Source: Escherichia coli (GTDB lineage: Bacteria > Pseudomonadota > Gammaproteobacteria > Enterobacterales > Enterobacteriaceae). From it: DNA of 64,000 nt. A program made the translations under genes and the position numbers. The first letter of the stretch is position 1. Each line of letters opens with the position of its first letter. The stretch lies in assembly GCF_024700885.2 (NCBI RefSeq), contig NZ_CP117016.1. One strand, 5' to 3'. Of the stretch, positions 18,182 to 33,216 are shown piece by piece. The notes under the pieces are model-generated. The model was not told where the DNA came from. It did no database searches and saw only the letters and a program-made list of their open reading frames with translations.

Positions 18182-19054
18182 ATGCGCTATTTCATACCAA
18201 TATTCACATTCGTGTGTTCCTTTGTTGCAGCCCAACCAACTATTGTCCCATCATTACAGCAACAAGTTACGGATCTTACGAGTAGCTTAAACTCACAAGA
18301 AAAGAAAGAACTGACGTACAAGTTAGAATCTATTTTCAATAATACCCAAGTGCAAATTGCTGTATTAATTGTTCCCACAACCAAAGACGAGACAATTGAA
18401 AAATATGCTACACGGGTTTTTGACAATTGGCGTTTAGGAGATGCCAAACGTAATGATGGGATACTGATCATTGTTGCCTGGTCGGATCGTACTGTCCGCA
18501 TCCAGGTAGGTTATGGGCTGGAAGAAAAGGTAACCGATGCTCTGGCTGGAGATATCATCCGTAGCAACATGATACCCGCATTTAAACAACAAAAATTAGC
18601 TCAGGGATTAGAGCTAGCTATAAACGCTTTGAATAACCAACTCACTTCACAACACCAATATCCGGCTAATCCTTCAGAAATTGAATCAGCGTCTTCCAGT
18701 GATCATTATTACTTTGCTATTTTTTGGGTATTTGCAGTGATGTTCTTCCCTTTCTGGTTTTTTCATCAAGGCAGTAATTTTTGTCGCGCATGTAAAAGCA
18801 GTGTCTGTATTTCAGCAATCTATCTTTTAGATTTATTCCTGTTCTCCGATAAAACTTTTTCCATTGCTGTATTTTTCTTCTTTTTTACTTTCACCACCAT
18901 TATGGTCTTTACCTGTTTATGTGTACTTCAGAAAAAAGCATCTGGTAGAAGTTATCATTCAGACAACAGCGGTTCCGGTGGCGGCTCAAGTGGCGGCGGA
19001 TTTAGCGGCGGGGGCGGTTCTTCTGGCGGTGGCGGCGCGTCCGGTCGCTGGTAA
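18182..19054 (+). CDS. ygcG: TPM-domain membrane protein with Gly/Ser-rich C-terminal tail
   Basis: ORF 18137..19054 trimmed to ATG at 18182 (290 aa, [22 protein letters not shown]...); C-terminus [27 protein letters not shown]. Confidence 0.8.
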   Translation: MRYFIPIFTFVCSFVAAQPTIVPSLQQQVTDLTSSLNSQEKKELTYKLESIFNNTQVQIAVLIVPTTKDETIEKYATRVFDNWRLGDAKRNDGILIIVAWSDRTVRIQVGYGLEEKVTDALAGDIIRSNMIPAFKQQKLAQGLELAINALNNQLTSQHQYPANPSEIESASSSDHYYFAIFWVFAVMFFPFWFFHQGSNFCRACKSSVCISAIYLLDLFLFSDKTFSIAVFFFFFTFTTIMVFTCLCVLQKKASGRSYHSDNSGSGGGSSGGGFSGGGGSSGGGGASGRW

Positions 19055-19063
19055 CTCAACCAT

Positions 19064-19095
19064 AAAAAATGCCAGCCCGAAGGCTGGCATTTTTA
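19064..19095. terminator. bidirectional intrinsic terminator between convergent ygcG and eno
   Basis: A-tract, 9-bp stem ATGCCAGCC/GGCTGGCAT with CGAA loop, then T-tract. Confidence 0.75.
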
Positions 19096-19113
19096 AATCA
19101 GATAAAGTCAGAC

Positions 19114-20427
<1,314 letters not shown>

Positions 20428-20499
20428 TCACTAGTTAAACTGAAACTCCAGACAAACAACGCGTACCCAGGGTACGCGTTGCCGTTCTAACTTTTTTAC

Positions 20500-22152
<1,653 letters not shown>

Positions 22153-22363
22153 TTAGGTTGAAAAGACGATGGAATAACCAGGACGGGAAAGCAGTATACC
22201 CGAACATGACCTGTGCCACAAACTTTCATTATCCCTCCTCTTCGCCAGCGCACTATTGAAATCAGGAGTGAGAAAATAGCCCCTTTGGGGTAAATGTTTT
22301 TGACGCAAATCAAGCGCTTGTCATTTAAAAATGACACAAATGGCGCTTGACCGCGTAATTCCC

Positions 22364-23155
22364 TTAGAGATCAATTTCCTGCCGTTTTACCTGTTGCCAG
22401 ACTTCTTCCATTGTTTCGAGGTCAACACCTGTCATTTCCAGTCCACGCGCGGCAACAATACGCTCCACTTCGCGAAAACGACGCTCGAATTTTTCGTTCG
22501 CTTTTTGCAATGCGATTTCCGCTTTTGTCCCTAAATGACGAGCCAGATTGACTGTGGCAAACAGCAGGTCACCCATTTCCTCCTCCAGTTTAGCCTGGTC
22601 GACAACAGCCTGCCGCGCTTCGTACATCACCTCATCGATCTCTTCGTAGACTTTATCGACTACCGGGCCAAGCGTCGTCCAGTCGAAGCCAACGTTGGCG
22701 CAACGTTTCTGGATTTTTTGTGCGCGCATTAAGGCGGGTAAACTACGAGGAATATCGTCCAGCGCCGAATGCTGCGCTTTTTGCGCGCGCTCTTCGGTTT
22801 TGATCTCCTCCCAACGGGCGAGAACTTCGCGGCTGTTTCCGGCAGAACTGTCAGCAAAAACATGCGGATGGCGACGTTCTAATTTATCGCTGATCGCGGC
22901 GCAAATATCATTAAAGTCAAAGCGCCCTTCTTCCTGGGCCATTTGTGCGTAAAACACCACCTGGAACAGCAGATCGCCGAGTTCACCGCGCAGATCGTCA
23001 AAATCTTCACGGGCAATGGCGTCCAGCACTTCGTAGGTTTCTTCAAGGGTGTAAGGCGCAATGGTGGCAAATGTCTGCTCTTTATCCCACGGGCAGCCGT
23101 TTTCCGGGTCGCGCAGGCGCTGCATAATAGTGAGCAAACGGTCGATTTGATTCAT
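22364..23155 (-). CDS. mazG: nucleoside triphosphate pyrophosphohydrolase MazG
   Basis: 263-aa ORF, MNQIDRLLTIMQRLRDPENGCPWDKEQTFATIAPY... Confidence 0.93.
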   Translation of the reverse strand: MNQIDRLLTIMQRLRDPENGCPWDKEQTFATIAPYTLEETYEVLDAIAREDFDDLRGELGDLLFQVVFYAQMAQEEGRFDFNDICAAISDKLERRHPHVFADSSAGNSREVLARWEEIKTEERAQKAQHSALDDIPRSLPALMRAQKIQKRCANVGFDWTTLGPVVDKVYEEIDEVMYEARQAVVDQAKLEEEMGDLLFATVNLARHLGTKAEIALQKANEKFERRFREVERIVAARGLEMTGVDLETMEEVWQQVKRQEIDL

Positions 23156-23225
23156 TGAATTGTCCTGAAAATTGCGGGTCTGTCAGGTGGAAACCTGTGA
23201 CCAGAATAGAAGTGAGTAAGTAACA

Positions 23226-23561
23226 CTACCCAATCAGCACGTTAATTTTGGCTTTAATGAGCTGTAATTCCTCTGGGGCAACCTTTCCTTTCTTCGTTGC
23301 TCCTCTTGCCCGCCAGGCGATACTTTTTACCTGATCAGCTAACGCTACGCCATCACGTTCCTGACCGGATAGAACAACTTCGAACGGATATCCTTTTGAT
23401 TGCGTTGTACAAGGAACACACAGACACATACCTGTTTTGTTGTTGTACATGAACGGACTCAGGACAACAGCCGGACGATGTCCGGCTTGCTCGCTACCTT
23501 TTGTCGGGTCAAAATCAACCCAAATCAGATCGCCCATATCGGGTACGTATCGGCTTACCAT
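23226..23561 (-). CDS. mazF: MazF toxin endoribonuclease
   Basis: 111-aa [40 protein letters not shown]... Confidence 0.95.
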   Translation of the reverse strand: MVSRYVPDMGDLIWVDFDPTKGSEQAGHRPAVVLSPFMYNNKTGMCLCVPCTTQSKGYPFEVVLSGQERDGVALADQVKSIAWRARGATKKGKVAPEELQLIKAKINVLIG

Positions 23562-23809
23562 TACCAGACTTCCTTATCTTTCGGCTCTCCCCAGTCGATA
23601 TTCTCGTGGAGGTTTTCCGGCGTGATGTCGTTGACCAGTTCAGCAAGCGTAAATACGGGCTCTTTACGCACTGGCTCAATAATTAATTTGCCATCCACCA
23701 GGTCAATCTTCACTTCATCATCAATATTCAGATTGAGCGCCTGCATTAACGTAGCCGGGATCCGCACCGCTGGTGAATTTCCCCAACGCTTTACGCTACT
23801 GTGGATCAT
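23561..23809 (-). CDS. mazE: MazE antitoxin
   Basis: 82-aa [36 protein letters not shown]...; stop overlaps mazF start. Confidence 0.95.
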
Positions 23810-23825
23810 AACCCTTTCCTCAAAC

Positions 23826-23876
23826 CGCTATCATATGTAGATACAGTATATATCAATCTACATTGTAGATACGAGC
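23826..23876 (-). promoter_or_regulatory. mazEF promoter/operator 'alternating palindrome'
   Basis: Minus-strand reading GCTCGTATCTACAATGTAGATTGATATATACTGTATCTACATATGATAGCGG matches the known MazE/MazF-bound palindromic operator. Confidence 0.7.
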
Positions 23877-23886
23877 TAATTTCGGC

Positions 23887-26121
23887 CTAACTCCCGTGCA
23901 ACCGACGCGCGTCGATAACGTCTGGCACCTGATTGAGTTTACCCAGCACGCGGCCCAGCACTTGCAGATTGTAAATCTCAATGGTCATGTCGATGGTCGC
24001 CAGTTGCTGTTTGGTGTCGCTACGGCTGGCAACGCCAAGTACGTTCACCTTCTCGTTGGCGAGAATGGTCGTGATATCACGTAACAACCCACTACGATCA
24101 TTAGCCACCACGCGGACCACCAGCGAATATCCGGCGGAGTAGCTCTCGCCCCATACCGCGTCAACAATGCGTTCTGGCGCATGGGAGCGCAGTTCCGCCA
24201 GTTGCTCACAGTCTGCACGATGCACTGAAATACCGCGTCCCTGAGTAATGAAACCAACAATTTCATCACCAGGAATCGGCTGACAGCAGCGCGCGATGTG
24301 GTGCATCAGGTTACCGACCCCTTCAACCACCACACGACCGTTATCTTTACTGCGGTTTTGCGGCGTATAGCTTTTTTGCTGAAGTTGCTTCAGCGCGGCG
24401 GCATCCTGCTCTTCGGCACTCGGCTTATTAAATTGCGATTGCAGGAAGTTCACCATCTGATTGAGACGGATATCCCCGCCACCAATTGCCGCCAGCAACT
24501 CGTCGACATCATTGAAGTTGTAACGCGGCAGCAGATGTTTTTCTGCTTCTTTCAGGCTGATCCCCAGATGTTCCAGCTCGTCGTCAAGGATTTGCCGCCC
24601 AGCCAGAATGTTTTTGTCACGGTCCTGTTTACGGAACCAGGCGTGAATTTTCGAACGCCCACGGCTGGTTGTGACGTAACCGAGGTTTGGGTTTAACCAG
24701 TCACGGCTGGGGTTCGGCTGTTTCTGGGTAATAATTTCAATCTGGTCTCCCATCTGCAGCTGGTAGGTGAACGGCACAATGCGCCCGCCTATTTTTGCCC
24801 CGATGCAGCGGTGCCCGACATCACTGTGGATGTGGTAAGCGAAGTCCAGCGGCGTTGATCCCGCAGGCAAATCAACGACGTCACCTTTCGGCGTAAAGAC
24901 GTACACCCGGTCGTCAAAGACCTGGCTGCGTACTTCGTCGAGCATTTCGCCGGAATCAGCCATCTCTTCCTGCCACGCAATCAGTTTACGCAGCCAGGCA
25001 ATTCGGTCTTCATGTCCCGAACGTGCGCCGCCAGCTGCCGCGCCCTCTTTATATTTCCAGTGCGCAGCAACACCCAACTCTGCATCTTCATGCATCTGTT
25101 TGGTGCGGATTTGGATCTCTACGGTTTTGCCACCTGGTCCCAGAACCACGGTATGAATAGACTGATAACCGTTTGGTTTCGGGTTAGCGACGTAATCGTC
25201 AAACTCATCCGGCAGGTGGCGATAGTGAGTGTGCACTATCCCCAGTGCGGCATAACAATCCTGTAAACGCTCGGCGACAATACGTACCGCACGCACATCA
25301 AACAGCTCATCGAAGGCGAGGTTCTTTTTCTGCATTTTGCGCCAGATGCTGTAGATGTGTTTCGGACGACCATACACTTCAGCTTTAACGCCTTCAGCTT
25401 TCATCTCAGCGCGCAGATGGCCGACAAACTCTTCGATATAGTGTTCGCGGTCGAGACGGCGTTCATGCAGCAGTTTTGCGATGCGTTTGTATTCGGTCGG
25501 GTGGAGATAACGGAAGCAGTAATCTTCCAGCTCCCATTTCAGTTGTCCAATCCCAAGACGGTTCGCCAACGGCGCGTAGATATTGGTGCACTCTTTTGCC
25601 GCCAGTACGCGTTCATCTTCCGGCGCGTCTTTTACTTCGCGCAGATGAGCAATACGCTCTGCCAGTTTGATGACCACGCAGCGAAAATCATCGACCATCG
25701 CCAATAACATCCGGCGAACGTTATCGACCTGTTCGGAGGAAACAGAATCGGTATGCGTCGCTTTCAGCTGGCGGATCGCCGCCATATCACGCACGCCGTG
25801 AATAAGGTTAACGACCGACTTACCGACGCACTCACGCAGCACATCTTCGCTGACTACGTTGGCATCCGCCAGAGGGAACAGCAGCGCCGCCCGCAGCGTG
25901 TCAATGTCCATACTTAATGTCGAGAGGATCTCCACCATCTCAACACCACGCCACAATAACAGACTGGCATCCGGATGCCCCTGCGTCTGTTGCAGACAAT
26001 ACGCCCAGGTTTCGGCTAAGCACTCACACGACTTCTGGCTGGTAATACCCAGACTTGCGATCCATTTTTCCGGATCAAATTCACCAGCCTTATTGATATG
26101 TGCACTTCTTACCGCAACCAT
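23887..26121 (-). CDS. relA: GTP pyrophosphokinase, (p)ppGpp synthetase I
   Basis: 744-aa ORF, MVAVRSAHINKAGEFDPEKWIASLGITSQKSCE... Confidence 0.97.
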   Translation of the reverse strand: MVAVRSAHINKAGEFDPEKWIASLGITSQKSCECLAETWAYCLQQTQGHPDASLLLWRGVEMVEILSTLSMDIDTLRAALLFPLADANVVSEDVLRECVGKSVVNLIHGVRDMAAIRQLKATHTDSVSSEQVDNVRRMLLAMVDDFRCVVIKLAERIAHLREVKDAPEDERVLAAKECTNIYAPLANRLGIGQLKWELEDYCFRYLHPTEYKRIAKLLHERRLDREHYIEEFVGHLRAEMKAEGVKAEVYGRPKHIYSIWRKMQKKNLAFDELFDVRAVRIVAERLQDCYAALGIVHTHYRHLPDEFDDYVANPKPNGYQSIHTVVLGPGGKTVEIQIRTKQMHEDAELGVAAHWKYKEGAAAGGARSGHEDRIAWLRKLIAWQEEMADSGEMLDEVRSQVFDDRVYVFTPKGDVVDLPAGSTPLDFAYHIHSDVGHRCIGAKIGGRIVPFTYQLQMGDQIEIITQKQPNPSRDWLNPNLGYVTTSRGRSKIHAWFRKQDRDKNILAGRQILDDELEHLGISLKEAEKHLLPRYNFNDVDELLAAIGGGDIRLNQMVNFLQSQFNKPSAEEQDAAALKQLQQKSYTPQNRSKDNGRVVVEGVGNLMHHIARCCQPIPGDEIVGFITQGRGISVHRADCEQLAELRSHAPERIVDAVWGESYSAGYSLVVRVVANDRSGLLRDITTILANEKVNVLGVASRSDTKQQLATIDMTIEIYNLQVLGRVLGKLNQVPDVIDARRLHGS

Positions 26122-26168
26122 CGTCCTCTCCTTTAGGGACCAGACCTGCCGAAATCGGCAAATCGCAA

Positions 26169-27470
26169 CTATTTAACGCGCGAGAAAAGTACCATCGATT
26201 CCAGATGTCCCGTGTGTGGGAACATATCCAGCATCGCCAGTCGCGCAATGGTATATCCTGCTTTTAATAACGCTTCGCTATCCCGAGCCAGCGTTGCAGG
26301 GTTACAGGATACATAAACTATACGAATAGGTTCCAGTTTTATAATTTGCTGCATAACACCTGCGGCACCTGCTCGCGCCGGGTCCAGCAACACTTTATCG
26401 AAGCCGTTTTTCGCCCACGGCTGCTTTGTGACATCTTCTTCAAGATTTTCGTGATAAAACGTCACATTGTGTAAGCCATTAAGACGCGCATTCTGCTGGC
26501 CTTTTTCCACCAGCGCCGGAACACCTTCTACACCCACCACACTGGCAGCTTGTGTCGCTAATGGCAGTGTAAAGTTGCCCATACCGCAGAACAAATCCAG
26601 TACGCGATCTTCAGGTTGCACATCCAGCCATTCCAACGCACGCGCTACCATTTTTTGGTTCACACCCGCATTGACCTGAATAAAATCGCGCGGGCTAAAA
26701 GTTAAGCGCAACCCGTTTGAGTCATACCAGGGCATCTCACCAGCGACGGTTTCGAGTATCTCACTATCGGGGGCGAGATACAGATCCAGGCCTTCAGAAT
26801 GCGAAAAGCGTTCCAGTTTTTCGCGATCAGCCGAACTTAGCGGTGCGGTATGGCGCAAAATCATCAGCGTGCCGCTGGTTGCCTGTACCAGTTCAACATG
26901 ACCAAGATGGCGCATAGCTTGTAAGCTGTCCAGGCATGCCCTGACTTTGGGCAGCAATGCTTCAAGTTGGGGCACTAAAATGGGGCATTGTTTAACGTCG
27001 ACAATGTCACTGGAGCCCGCTTTGCGAAACCCCATCTGAAGTTGCTGTGTTTTCGGTAAGTAGTTCAGACTTAAACGCGCGCGACGGCGATAGCCCCAGG
27101 GAACATCGGCGATCACTTCAGAGACTTCGTGTTTCATTAATCGGGCGAGTGCCGCACTTTTGCTTCGCTGCTGTAAATCCACGCTGGCGTGTTGTTGCTG
27201 ACAGCCGCCGCATACGCCAAAATGAGGGCAGCGTGGCGTTTCGCGTTCCGGGCTATCGCTTAACCGGCGCACGACTTTAGCGCGGGCGTATTGTTTTTTA
27301 TCTTCAGTAACAGTAACTTCCGCGTTTTCCTGTGGCAATAATCCAGGAATAAATAACGCTTTGCCGTTATGTCGTGCCACGCCCTGACCAAAAGAGTCGA
27401 GGTCGTTGACTGAAACAGTTATGATCTGACGCGTCGTCGTGCGTCGTTTTGCAGAGTAGAATTGCGCCAT
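26169..27470 (-). CDS. rlmD: 23S rRNA (uracil1939-C5)-methyltransferase
   Basis: 433-aa [40 protein letters not shown]...; TRAM plus SAM-MTase with Fe-S Cys. Confidence 0.92.
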   Translation of the reverse strand: MAQFYSAKRRTTTRQIITVSVNDLDSFGQGVARHNGKALFIPGLLPQENAEVTVTEDKKQYARAKVVRRLSDSPERETPRCPHFGVCGGCQQQHASVDLQQRSKSAALARLMKHEVSEVIADVPWGYRRRARLSLNYLPKTQQLQMGFRKAGSSDIVDVKQCPILVPQLEALLPKVRACLDSLQAMRHLGHVELVQATSGTLMILRHTAPLSSADREKLERFSHSEGLDLYLAPDSEILETVAGEMPWYDSNGLRLTFSPRDFIQVNAGVNQKMVARALEWLDVQPEDRVLDLFCGMGNFTLPLATQAASVVGVEGVPALVEKGQQNARLNGLHNVTFYHENLEEDVTKQPWAKNGFDKVLLDPARAGAAGVMQQIIKLEPIRIVYVSCNPATLARDSEALLKAGYTIARLAMLDMFPHTGHLESMVLFSRVK

Positions 27471-27526
27471 TGGCGAGACTTTCTCAATTTAACAGTGTGA
27501 CCTTAATTGTCCCATAACGGAACTCC

Positions 27527-30283
27527 ATGACCAACTACAGCCTGCGCGCACGCATGATGATTCTGATCCTGGCACCGACCGTCCTTATTGGTTTATTGCT
27601 GAGTATCTTTTTCGTTGTGCATCGCTATAACGACTTGCAGCGTCAACTGGAAGATGCCGGAGCCAGCATTATTGAGCCGCTTGCAGTTTCTACTGAATAT
27701 GGCATGAGCCTGCAAAATCGCGAATCTATCGGTCAGTTAATAAGCGTACTGCATCGTCGCCATTCCGATATTGTTCGCGCGATTTCGGTTTATGATGAAA
27801 ATAATCGACTCTTTGTCACCTCCAATTTTCATCTTGATCCCTCATCAATGCAGCTCGGCAGCAACGTGCCGTTTCCTCGCCAGCTCACTGTCACCCGTGA
27901 CGGCGATATTATGATCCTCCGCACGCCGATTATTTCTGAGAGTTACTCCCCCGACGAATCGCCCAGTAGCGATGCCAAAAATAGTCAAAATATGCTGGGA
28001 TATATTGCGCTGGAGCTGGATCTTAAATCGGTTCGCTTGCAGCAATATAAAGAGATCTTTATTTCCAGCGTGATGATGCTGTTTTGTATCGGTATTGCGC
28101 TTATTTTTGGCTGGCGCTTAATGCGCGATGTAACCGGTCCGATTCGCAATATGGTGAATACCGTCGACCGCATCCGTCGCGGGCAACTCGACAGCCGGGT
28201 GGAAGGATTTATGCTCGGCGAGCTGGATATGCTGAAAAACGGTATCAACTCGATGGCAATGTCGCTGGCTGCTTATCACGAAGAGATGCAGCACAATATC
28301 GACCAGGCGACGTCCGATCTGCGTGAAACGCTGGAGCAGATGGAAATTCAGAACGTTGAGTTGGATCTGGCGAAAAAGCGCGCCCAGGAAGCGGCGCGTA
28401 TTAAATCCGAGTTTCTTGCAAATATGTCACACGAGCTGCGTACACCACTGAATGGTGTTATTGGCTTTACCCGCCTGACGCTGAAAACAGAATTAACACC
28501 AACACAGCGCGATCACCTGAATACGATTGAACGTTCGGCAAATAATTTGCTGGCAATTATTAATGATGTTCTCGACTTCTCGAAACTGGAAGCAGGTAAG
28601 CTGATTCTGGAAAGTATTCCATTCCCACTACGCAGCACGCTGGATGAAGTCGTTACCCTGCTGGCACATTCTTCTCACGATAAAGGGTTGGAACTGACGC
28701 TCAATATTAAGAGCGACGTGCCCGATAACGTGATCGGCGACCCACTGCGATTACAGCAAATCATCACTAACCTGGTGGGGAATGCAATTAAATTCACCGA
28801 GAATGGCAACATTGATATTCTGGTAGAAAAACGTGCGCTGAGTAATACTAAAGTGCAGATTGAAGTGCAGATTCGGGATACCGGCATTGGTATTCCTGAA
28901 CGCGATCAATCGCGCTTATTCCAGGCCTTCCGACAGGCTGATGCCAGTATTTCCCGCCGTCATGGTGGCACCGGGCTGGGGCTGGTGATTACACAAAAAC
29001 TGGTTAATGAAATGGGCGGCGATATTTCGTTCCATAGCCAGCCGAATCGCGGTTCAACTTTCTGGTTCCACATTAATCTCGATCTGAACCCGAACATTAT
29101 TATCGAAGGGCCATCCACCCAGTGCCTAGCCGGCAAGCGCCTGGCCTATGTCGAACCAAACTCCGCAGCAGCGCAATGCACGCTGGATATTTTAAGTGAA
29201 ACGCCGCTGGAAGTGGTTTATAGCCCAACGTTCTCCGCGCTGCCTCCCGCGCATTACGACATGATGTTGTTAGGCATCGCGGTGACCTTCCGCGAGCCGT
29301 TAACAATGCAACATGAGCGATTAGCGAAAGCGGTATCGATGACCGATTTCCTGATGCTGGCACTTCCTTGCCATGCACAAGTCAATGCTGAAAAACTTAA
29401 GCAAGATGGTATCGGCGCGTGTCTGCTGAAACCATTAACACCTACGCGCCTGTTACCTGCCCTGACGGAATTTTGTCATCACAAACAAAACACGCTTTTG
29501 CCTGTAACCGATGAAAGTAAGCTGGCAATGACAGTCATGGCGGTTGATGACAACCCCGCTAACCTGAAACTTATCGGCGCATTGCTGGAAGATATGGTGC
29601 AACATGTGGAACTTTGCGATAGCGGGCATCAGGCGGTTGAACGGGCGAAACAGATGCCGTTCGATTTGATCTTAATGGATATTCAAATGCCGGACATGGA
29701 CGGCATTCGGGCCTGCGAACTCATCCACCAGCTCCCCCATCAGCAACAAACGCCAGTTATCGCGGTAACGGCGCATGCAATGGCCGGGCAAAAAGAGAAG
29801 CTGCTTGGCGCAGGGATGAGCGATTATCTGGCGAAACCGATTGAAGAAGAGCGATTGCATAATTTGTTGTTGCGCTACAAGCCTGGCAGCGGTATTTCCT
29901 CTCGCGTCGTGACGCCCGAAGTCAACGAAATTGTGGTGAACCCGAATGCGACCCTCGACTGGCAACTGGCACTACGCCAGGCAGCAGGAAAAACCGATTT
30001 AGCGCGCGATATGCTGCAAATGTTACTCGATTTCCTGCCTGAAGTTCGCAACAAAGTTGAGGAACAGCTGGTTGGAGAAAACCCGGAAGGCCTGGTTGAT
30101 TTGATTCATAAACTGCATGGCAGTTGCGGCTATAGCGGTGTGCCGCGTATGAAGAATCTCTGCCAACTGATCGAACAACAGCTACGTAGCGGTACTAAAG
30201 AAGAAGATTTGGAGCCGGAGCTGCTGGAACTGTTGGACGAGATGGATAATGTAGCGCGCGAAGCCAGCAAAATTCTCGGGTAA
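27527..30283 (+). CDS. barA: hybrid sensor histidine kinase BarA (partner of UvrY)
   Basis: 918-aa [40 protein letters not shown]...; HisKA H-box (SHELRTPLN), receiver and Hpt domains. Confidence 0.95.
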
Positions 30284-30351
30284 CGGACGTCTTGTCGAGT
30301 AGCAATCGGCTTTTTATGACGCTGGTTTCAGATTGGTGACAAAGTGCCTGT

Positions 30352-30392
30352 GTTTATTCCGGATGCGGCGTTAACGCCTTATCCGGCCTACA
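30352..30392. repeat. REP element downstream of barA
   Basis: CCGGATGCGGCGTTAACGCCTTATCCGGCCTAC palindrome. Confidence 0.65.
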
Positions 30393-30476
30393 AAACCAAT
30401 TAAATTCAATGAATTAAAAAGTATGTTGGCCTGATACGTAGCGCAACAGGCAATTTTGCGTTTGGCATCAGTCTCA

Positions 30477-30510
30477 AACCGGCTCCTGACAGAGCCGGTT
30501 TTGGTTTTCT
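30477..30510. terminator. intrinsic terminator between barA and gudD (convergent)
   Basis: 9-bp stem AACCGGCTC/GAGCCGGTT with 6-nt loop, followed on the plus strand by TTGGTTTTCT; lies 6 nt from the gudD stop. Confidence 0.6.
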
Positions 30511-30513
30511 GTC

Positions 30514-31854
30514 TTAACGCACCATGCACGGACGCTTGTTATCGAACGTCCAGCCAGGAATCAGATACTGCATTCCCATTGCATCGTCACGCGCGCCAAG
30601 CCCGTGTTTCTGATACAGCTCGTGGGCTTTCATCACCTGATCCATATCGATTTCTACGCCCAATCCTGGTTTTTGCGGCACCTGTACCAGCCCGCCTTTG
30701 ATCTCAAACGGTTCTTTGGTCAGACGCTGATTGCCTTCCTGCCAGATCCAGTGCGTATCAATAGCAGTAATTTTACCCGGTGCAGCAGCGGCTACATGGG
30801 TAAACATCGCCAGGGAAATATCGAAGTGGTTGTTAGAGTGTGAACCCCAGGTCAGGCCAAATTCATGGCACATTTGCGCCACACGTACCGAACCTTGCAT
30901 CGTCCAGAAATGCGGATCCGCCAGCGGGATATCAACGGATTGTAACGAGAGCGTATGGCCCATCTGCCGCCAGTCGGTGGCGATCATATTGGTTGCAGTC
31001 GGCAGACCTGTCGCGCGGCGGAACTCTGCCATCACTTCACGCCCGGAAAAACCTTGCTCCGCACCACACGGATCTTCTGCATAAGCCAGCGAACCTTTCA
31101 GGTATTTACCGATTTTAATCGCTTCGTTCAGCGACCAGGCACCGTTAGGATCGAGGGTAATACGCGCCTGCGGGAAGCGTTGCGCCAGTGCCACAATAGA
31201 TTCTGCTTCTTCTTCCCCGGCCAGTACACCGCCCTTCAGTTTGAAATCGTTGAAGCCATATTTTTCATATGCCGCTTCCGCCAGGCGCACCACCGCATCC
31301 GGCGTCATCGCTTCTTCGTGACGCAGGCGATACCAGTCACATGAGTCATCCGGCTGGCTTTGATACGGCAGCGGTGTGGCTTTGCGATTACCGACGAAGA
31401 ACAGATAACCGAGCATTTCGACTTCGCTACGCTGTTGACCATCGCCCAGCAGCGATGCCACGTTAACCCCCAGATGCTGCCCCAGCAGATCCAGCATTGC
31501 CGCTTCTATCCCGGTAACCACATGAATAGTGGTCCGCAGGTCAAATGTCTGCAAACCGCGCCCGCCGGCATCACGATCGGCAAATGTATTACGCACCAGC
31601 GTCAGAACGTTTTTGTATTCACCCAGCGTTTTACCCACCACTAGCGGAATCGCATCTTCCAGCGTTTTACGGATTTTCTCGCCGCCGGGAATTTCCCCTA
31701 CGCCGGTGTGACCAGAATTATCTTTGATAATCACAATATTACGCGTGAAGAACGGTGCGTGTGCACCACTCAGATTCATCAGCATACTGTCATGGCCCGC
31801 CACCGGGATGACCTGCATTTCAGTAACAACAGGCGTCGTAAATTGAGAACTCAT
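30514..31854 (-). CDS. gudD: glucarate dehydratase
   Basis: ORF trimmed to ATG at 31854 (446 aa, [23 protein letters not shown]...); enolase superfamily. Confidence 0.93.
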   Translation of the reverse strand: MSSQFTTPVVTEMQVIPVAGHDSMLMNLSGAHAPFFTRNIVIIKDNSGHTGVGEIPGGEKIRKTLEDAIPLVVGKTLGEYKNVLTLVRNTFADRDAGGRGLQTFDLRTTIHVVTGIEAAMLDLLGQHLGVNVASLLGDGQQRSEVEMLGYLFFVGNRKATPLPYQSQPDDSCDWYRLRHEEAMTPDAVVRLAEAAYEKYGFNDFKLKGGVLAGEEEAESIVALAQRFPQARITLDPNGAWSLNEAIKIGKYLKGSLAYAEDPCGAEQGFSGREVMAEFRRATGLPTATNMIATDWRQMGHTLSLQSVDIPLADPHFWTMQGSVRVAQMCHEFGLTWGSHSNNHFDISLAMFTHVAAAAPGKITAIDTHWIWQEGNQRLTKEPFEIKGGLVQVPQKPGLGVEIDMDQVMKAHELYQKHGLGARDDAMGMQYLIPGWTFDNKRPCMVR

Positions 31855-31874
31855 ATTTATGTCCTTTTTCAAAA

Positions 31875-33215
31875 TCAATGACGGCCGAAAACGGGACGTT
31901 TACGGTCAAAGGTCCAGCCGGGGATCAGGTACTGCATCGGGCCCGCGTCGTTACGCGCACCGCCAGGCAGACGTTTATAGGCCTCATGCGCCTTTTGTAC
32001 CTGCTCCCAGTCCAGTTCCACGCCCAGACCGGGCGCATCAGGAACTGCAATTTTTCCGTTTTTAATCTCCAGCGGATTTTGGGTCAGGCGACAATCTCCC
32101 TCCTGCCAAATCCAGTGGGTATCGATAGCGGTAGGATTACCCGGTGCCGCCGCACCCACATGGGTAAACATCGCCAGAGAGATATCAAAGTGGTTGTTGG
32201 AATGACAGCCCCAGGTCAGCCCCCAGTCGTCGCAAAGCTGCGCCACGCGGACTGCACCGGAAAGCGTCCAGAAGTGCGGATCGGCAAGTGGAATATCTAC
32301 TGCATTGAGCATTACCGCATGACCCATTTCACGCCAGTTGGTGGCGATCATGTTAGTCGCGACGGGCAAGCCGGTCGCCCGCCGAAACTCCGCCATCACT
32401 TCACGACCGGAGAAACCCTGTTCTGCGCCGCATGGATCTTCGGCATAGGTAAGAACATCATTCAGCCCTTTGCACAAAGAAATGGCTTCATCAAGCAGCC
32501 ATGCACCGTTGGGATCAACGGTAATCCGCGCATCCGGGAAGCGTTTCTTCAATGCACGAACAGTGTCGATTTCTTGCTCGCCAGGTAACACTCCGCCCTT
32601 AAGTTTGAAATCTTTAAAGCCATAACGATCCTGTGAAGCTTCCGCCAGACGCACAACGGCTTCGCTGTTCATCGCTTTCTGATGGCGCAACTGATACCAC
32701 TCATGGTTGCCCGGCGTATTTTCCAGATAAGGAAGATCGGTTTTGGTCCGATCACCGATATAAAACAGATAACCGAGGACGGTAATAGCCTCGCGTTGCT
32801 TGCCTGGCCCCAACAGTTCGCAGACCGGAACATTCAGCGCCTTACCTAGCAGGTCAAGCAAGGCGGCTTCCAGCGCCGCCACGGCATTAACGCGCAATTC
32901 AAAAGTCCAGGCACCTTTGCCGAAGGTATCAAAATCGGCTGCCTGATTACCTTTATGCACCTGCTGAACCACTTTATTCAGGCGCGCAACTTCCTGGCCC
33001 AACACCATCGGAATAGCATCGACAAGCGTCTGATAAATCACCTCTCCGCCTGGCGCTTCACCAATGCCGGTATGCCCGGCGTTATCGGTGAGTACCACAA
33101 TATTGCGAGTGAAATATGCGTTATGCGCCCCACCAATATTAAGCAACATGCTATCGTGCCCGGCGACCGGAATGACTTTCATATCAGTAATAACAGGACT
33201 GGATTGTGTCGTCAT
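31875..33215 (-). CDS. gudX: glucarate dehydratase-related protein
   Basis: 446-aa [34 protein letters not shown]...; paralogue of gudD. Confidence 0.93.
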   Translation of the reverse strand: MTTQSSPVITDMKVIPVAGHDSMLLNIGGAHNAYFTRNIVVLTDNAGHTGIGEAPGGEVIYQTLVDAIPMVLGQEVARLNKVVQQVHKGNQAADFDTFGKGAWTFELRVNAVAALEAALLDLLGKALNVPVCELLGPGKQREAITVLGYLFYIGDRTKTDLPYLENTPGNHEWYQLRHQKAMNSEAVVRLAEASQDRYGFKDFKLKGGVLPGEQEIDTVRALKKRFPDARITVDPNGAWLLDEAISLCKGLNDVLTYAEDPCGAEQGFSGREVMAEFRRATGLPVATNMIATNWREMGHAVMLNAVDIPLADPHFWTLSGAVRVAQLCDDWGLTWGCHSNNHFDISLAMFTHVGAAAPGNPTAIDTHWIWQEGDCRLTQNPLEIKNGKIAVPDAPGLGVELDWEQVQKAHEAYKRLPGGARNDAGPMQYLIPGWTFDRKRPVFGRH

Positions 33216-33216
33216 C

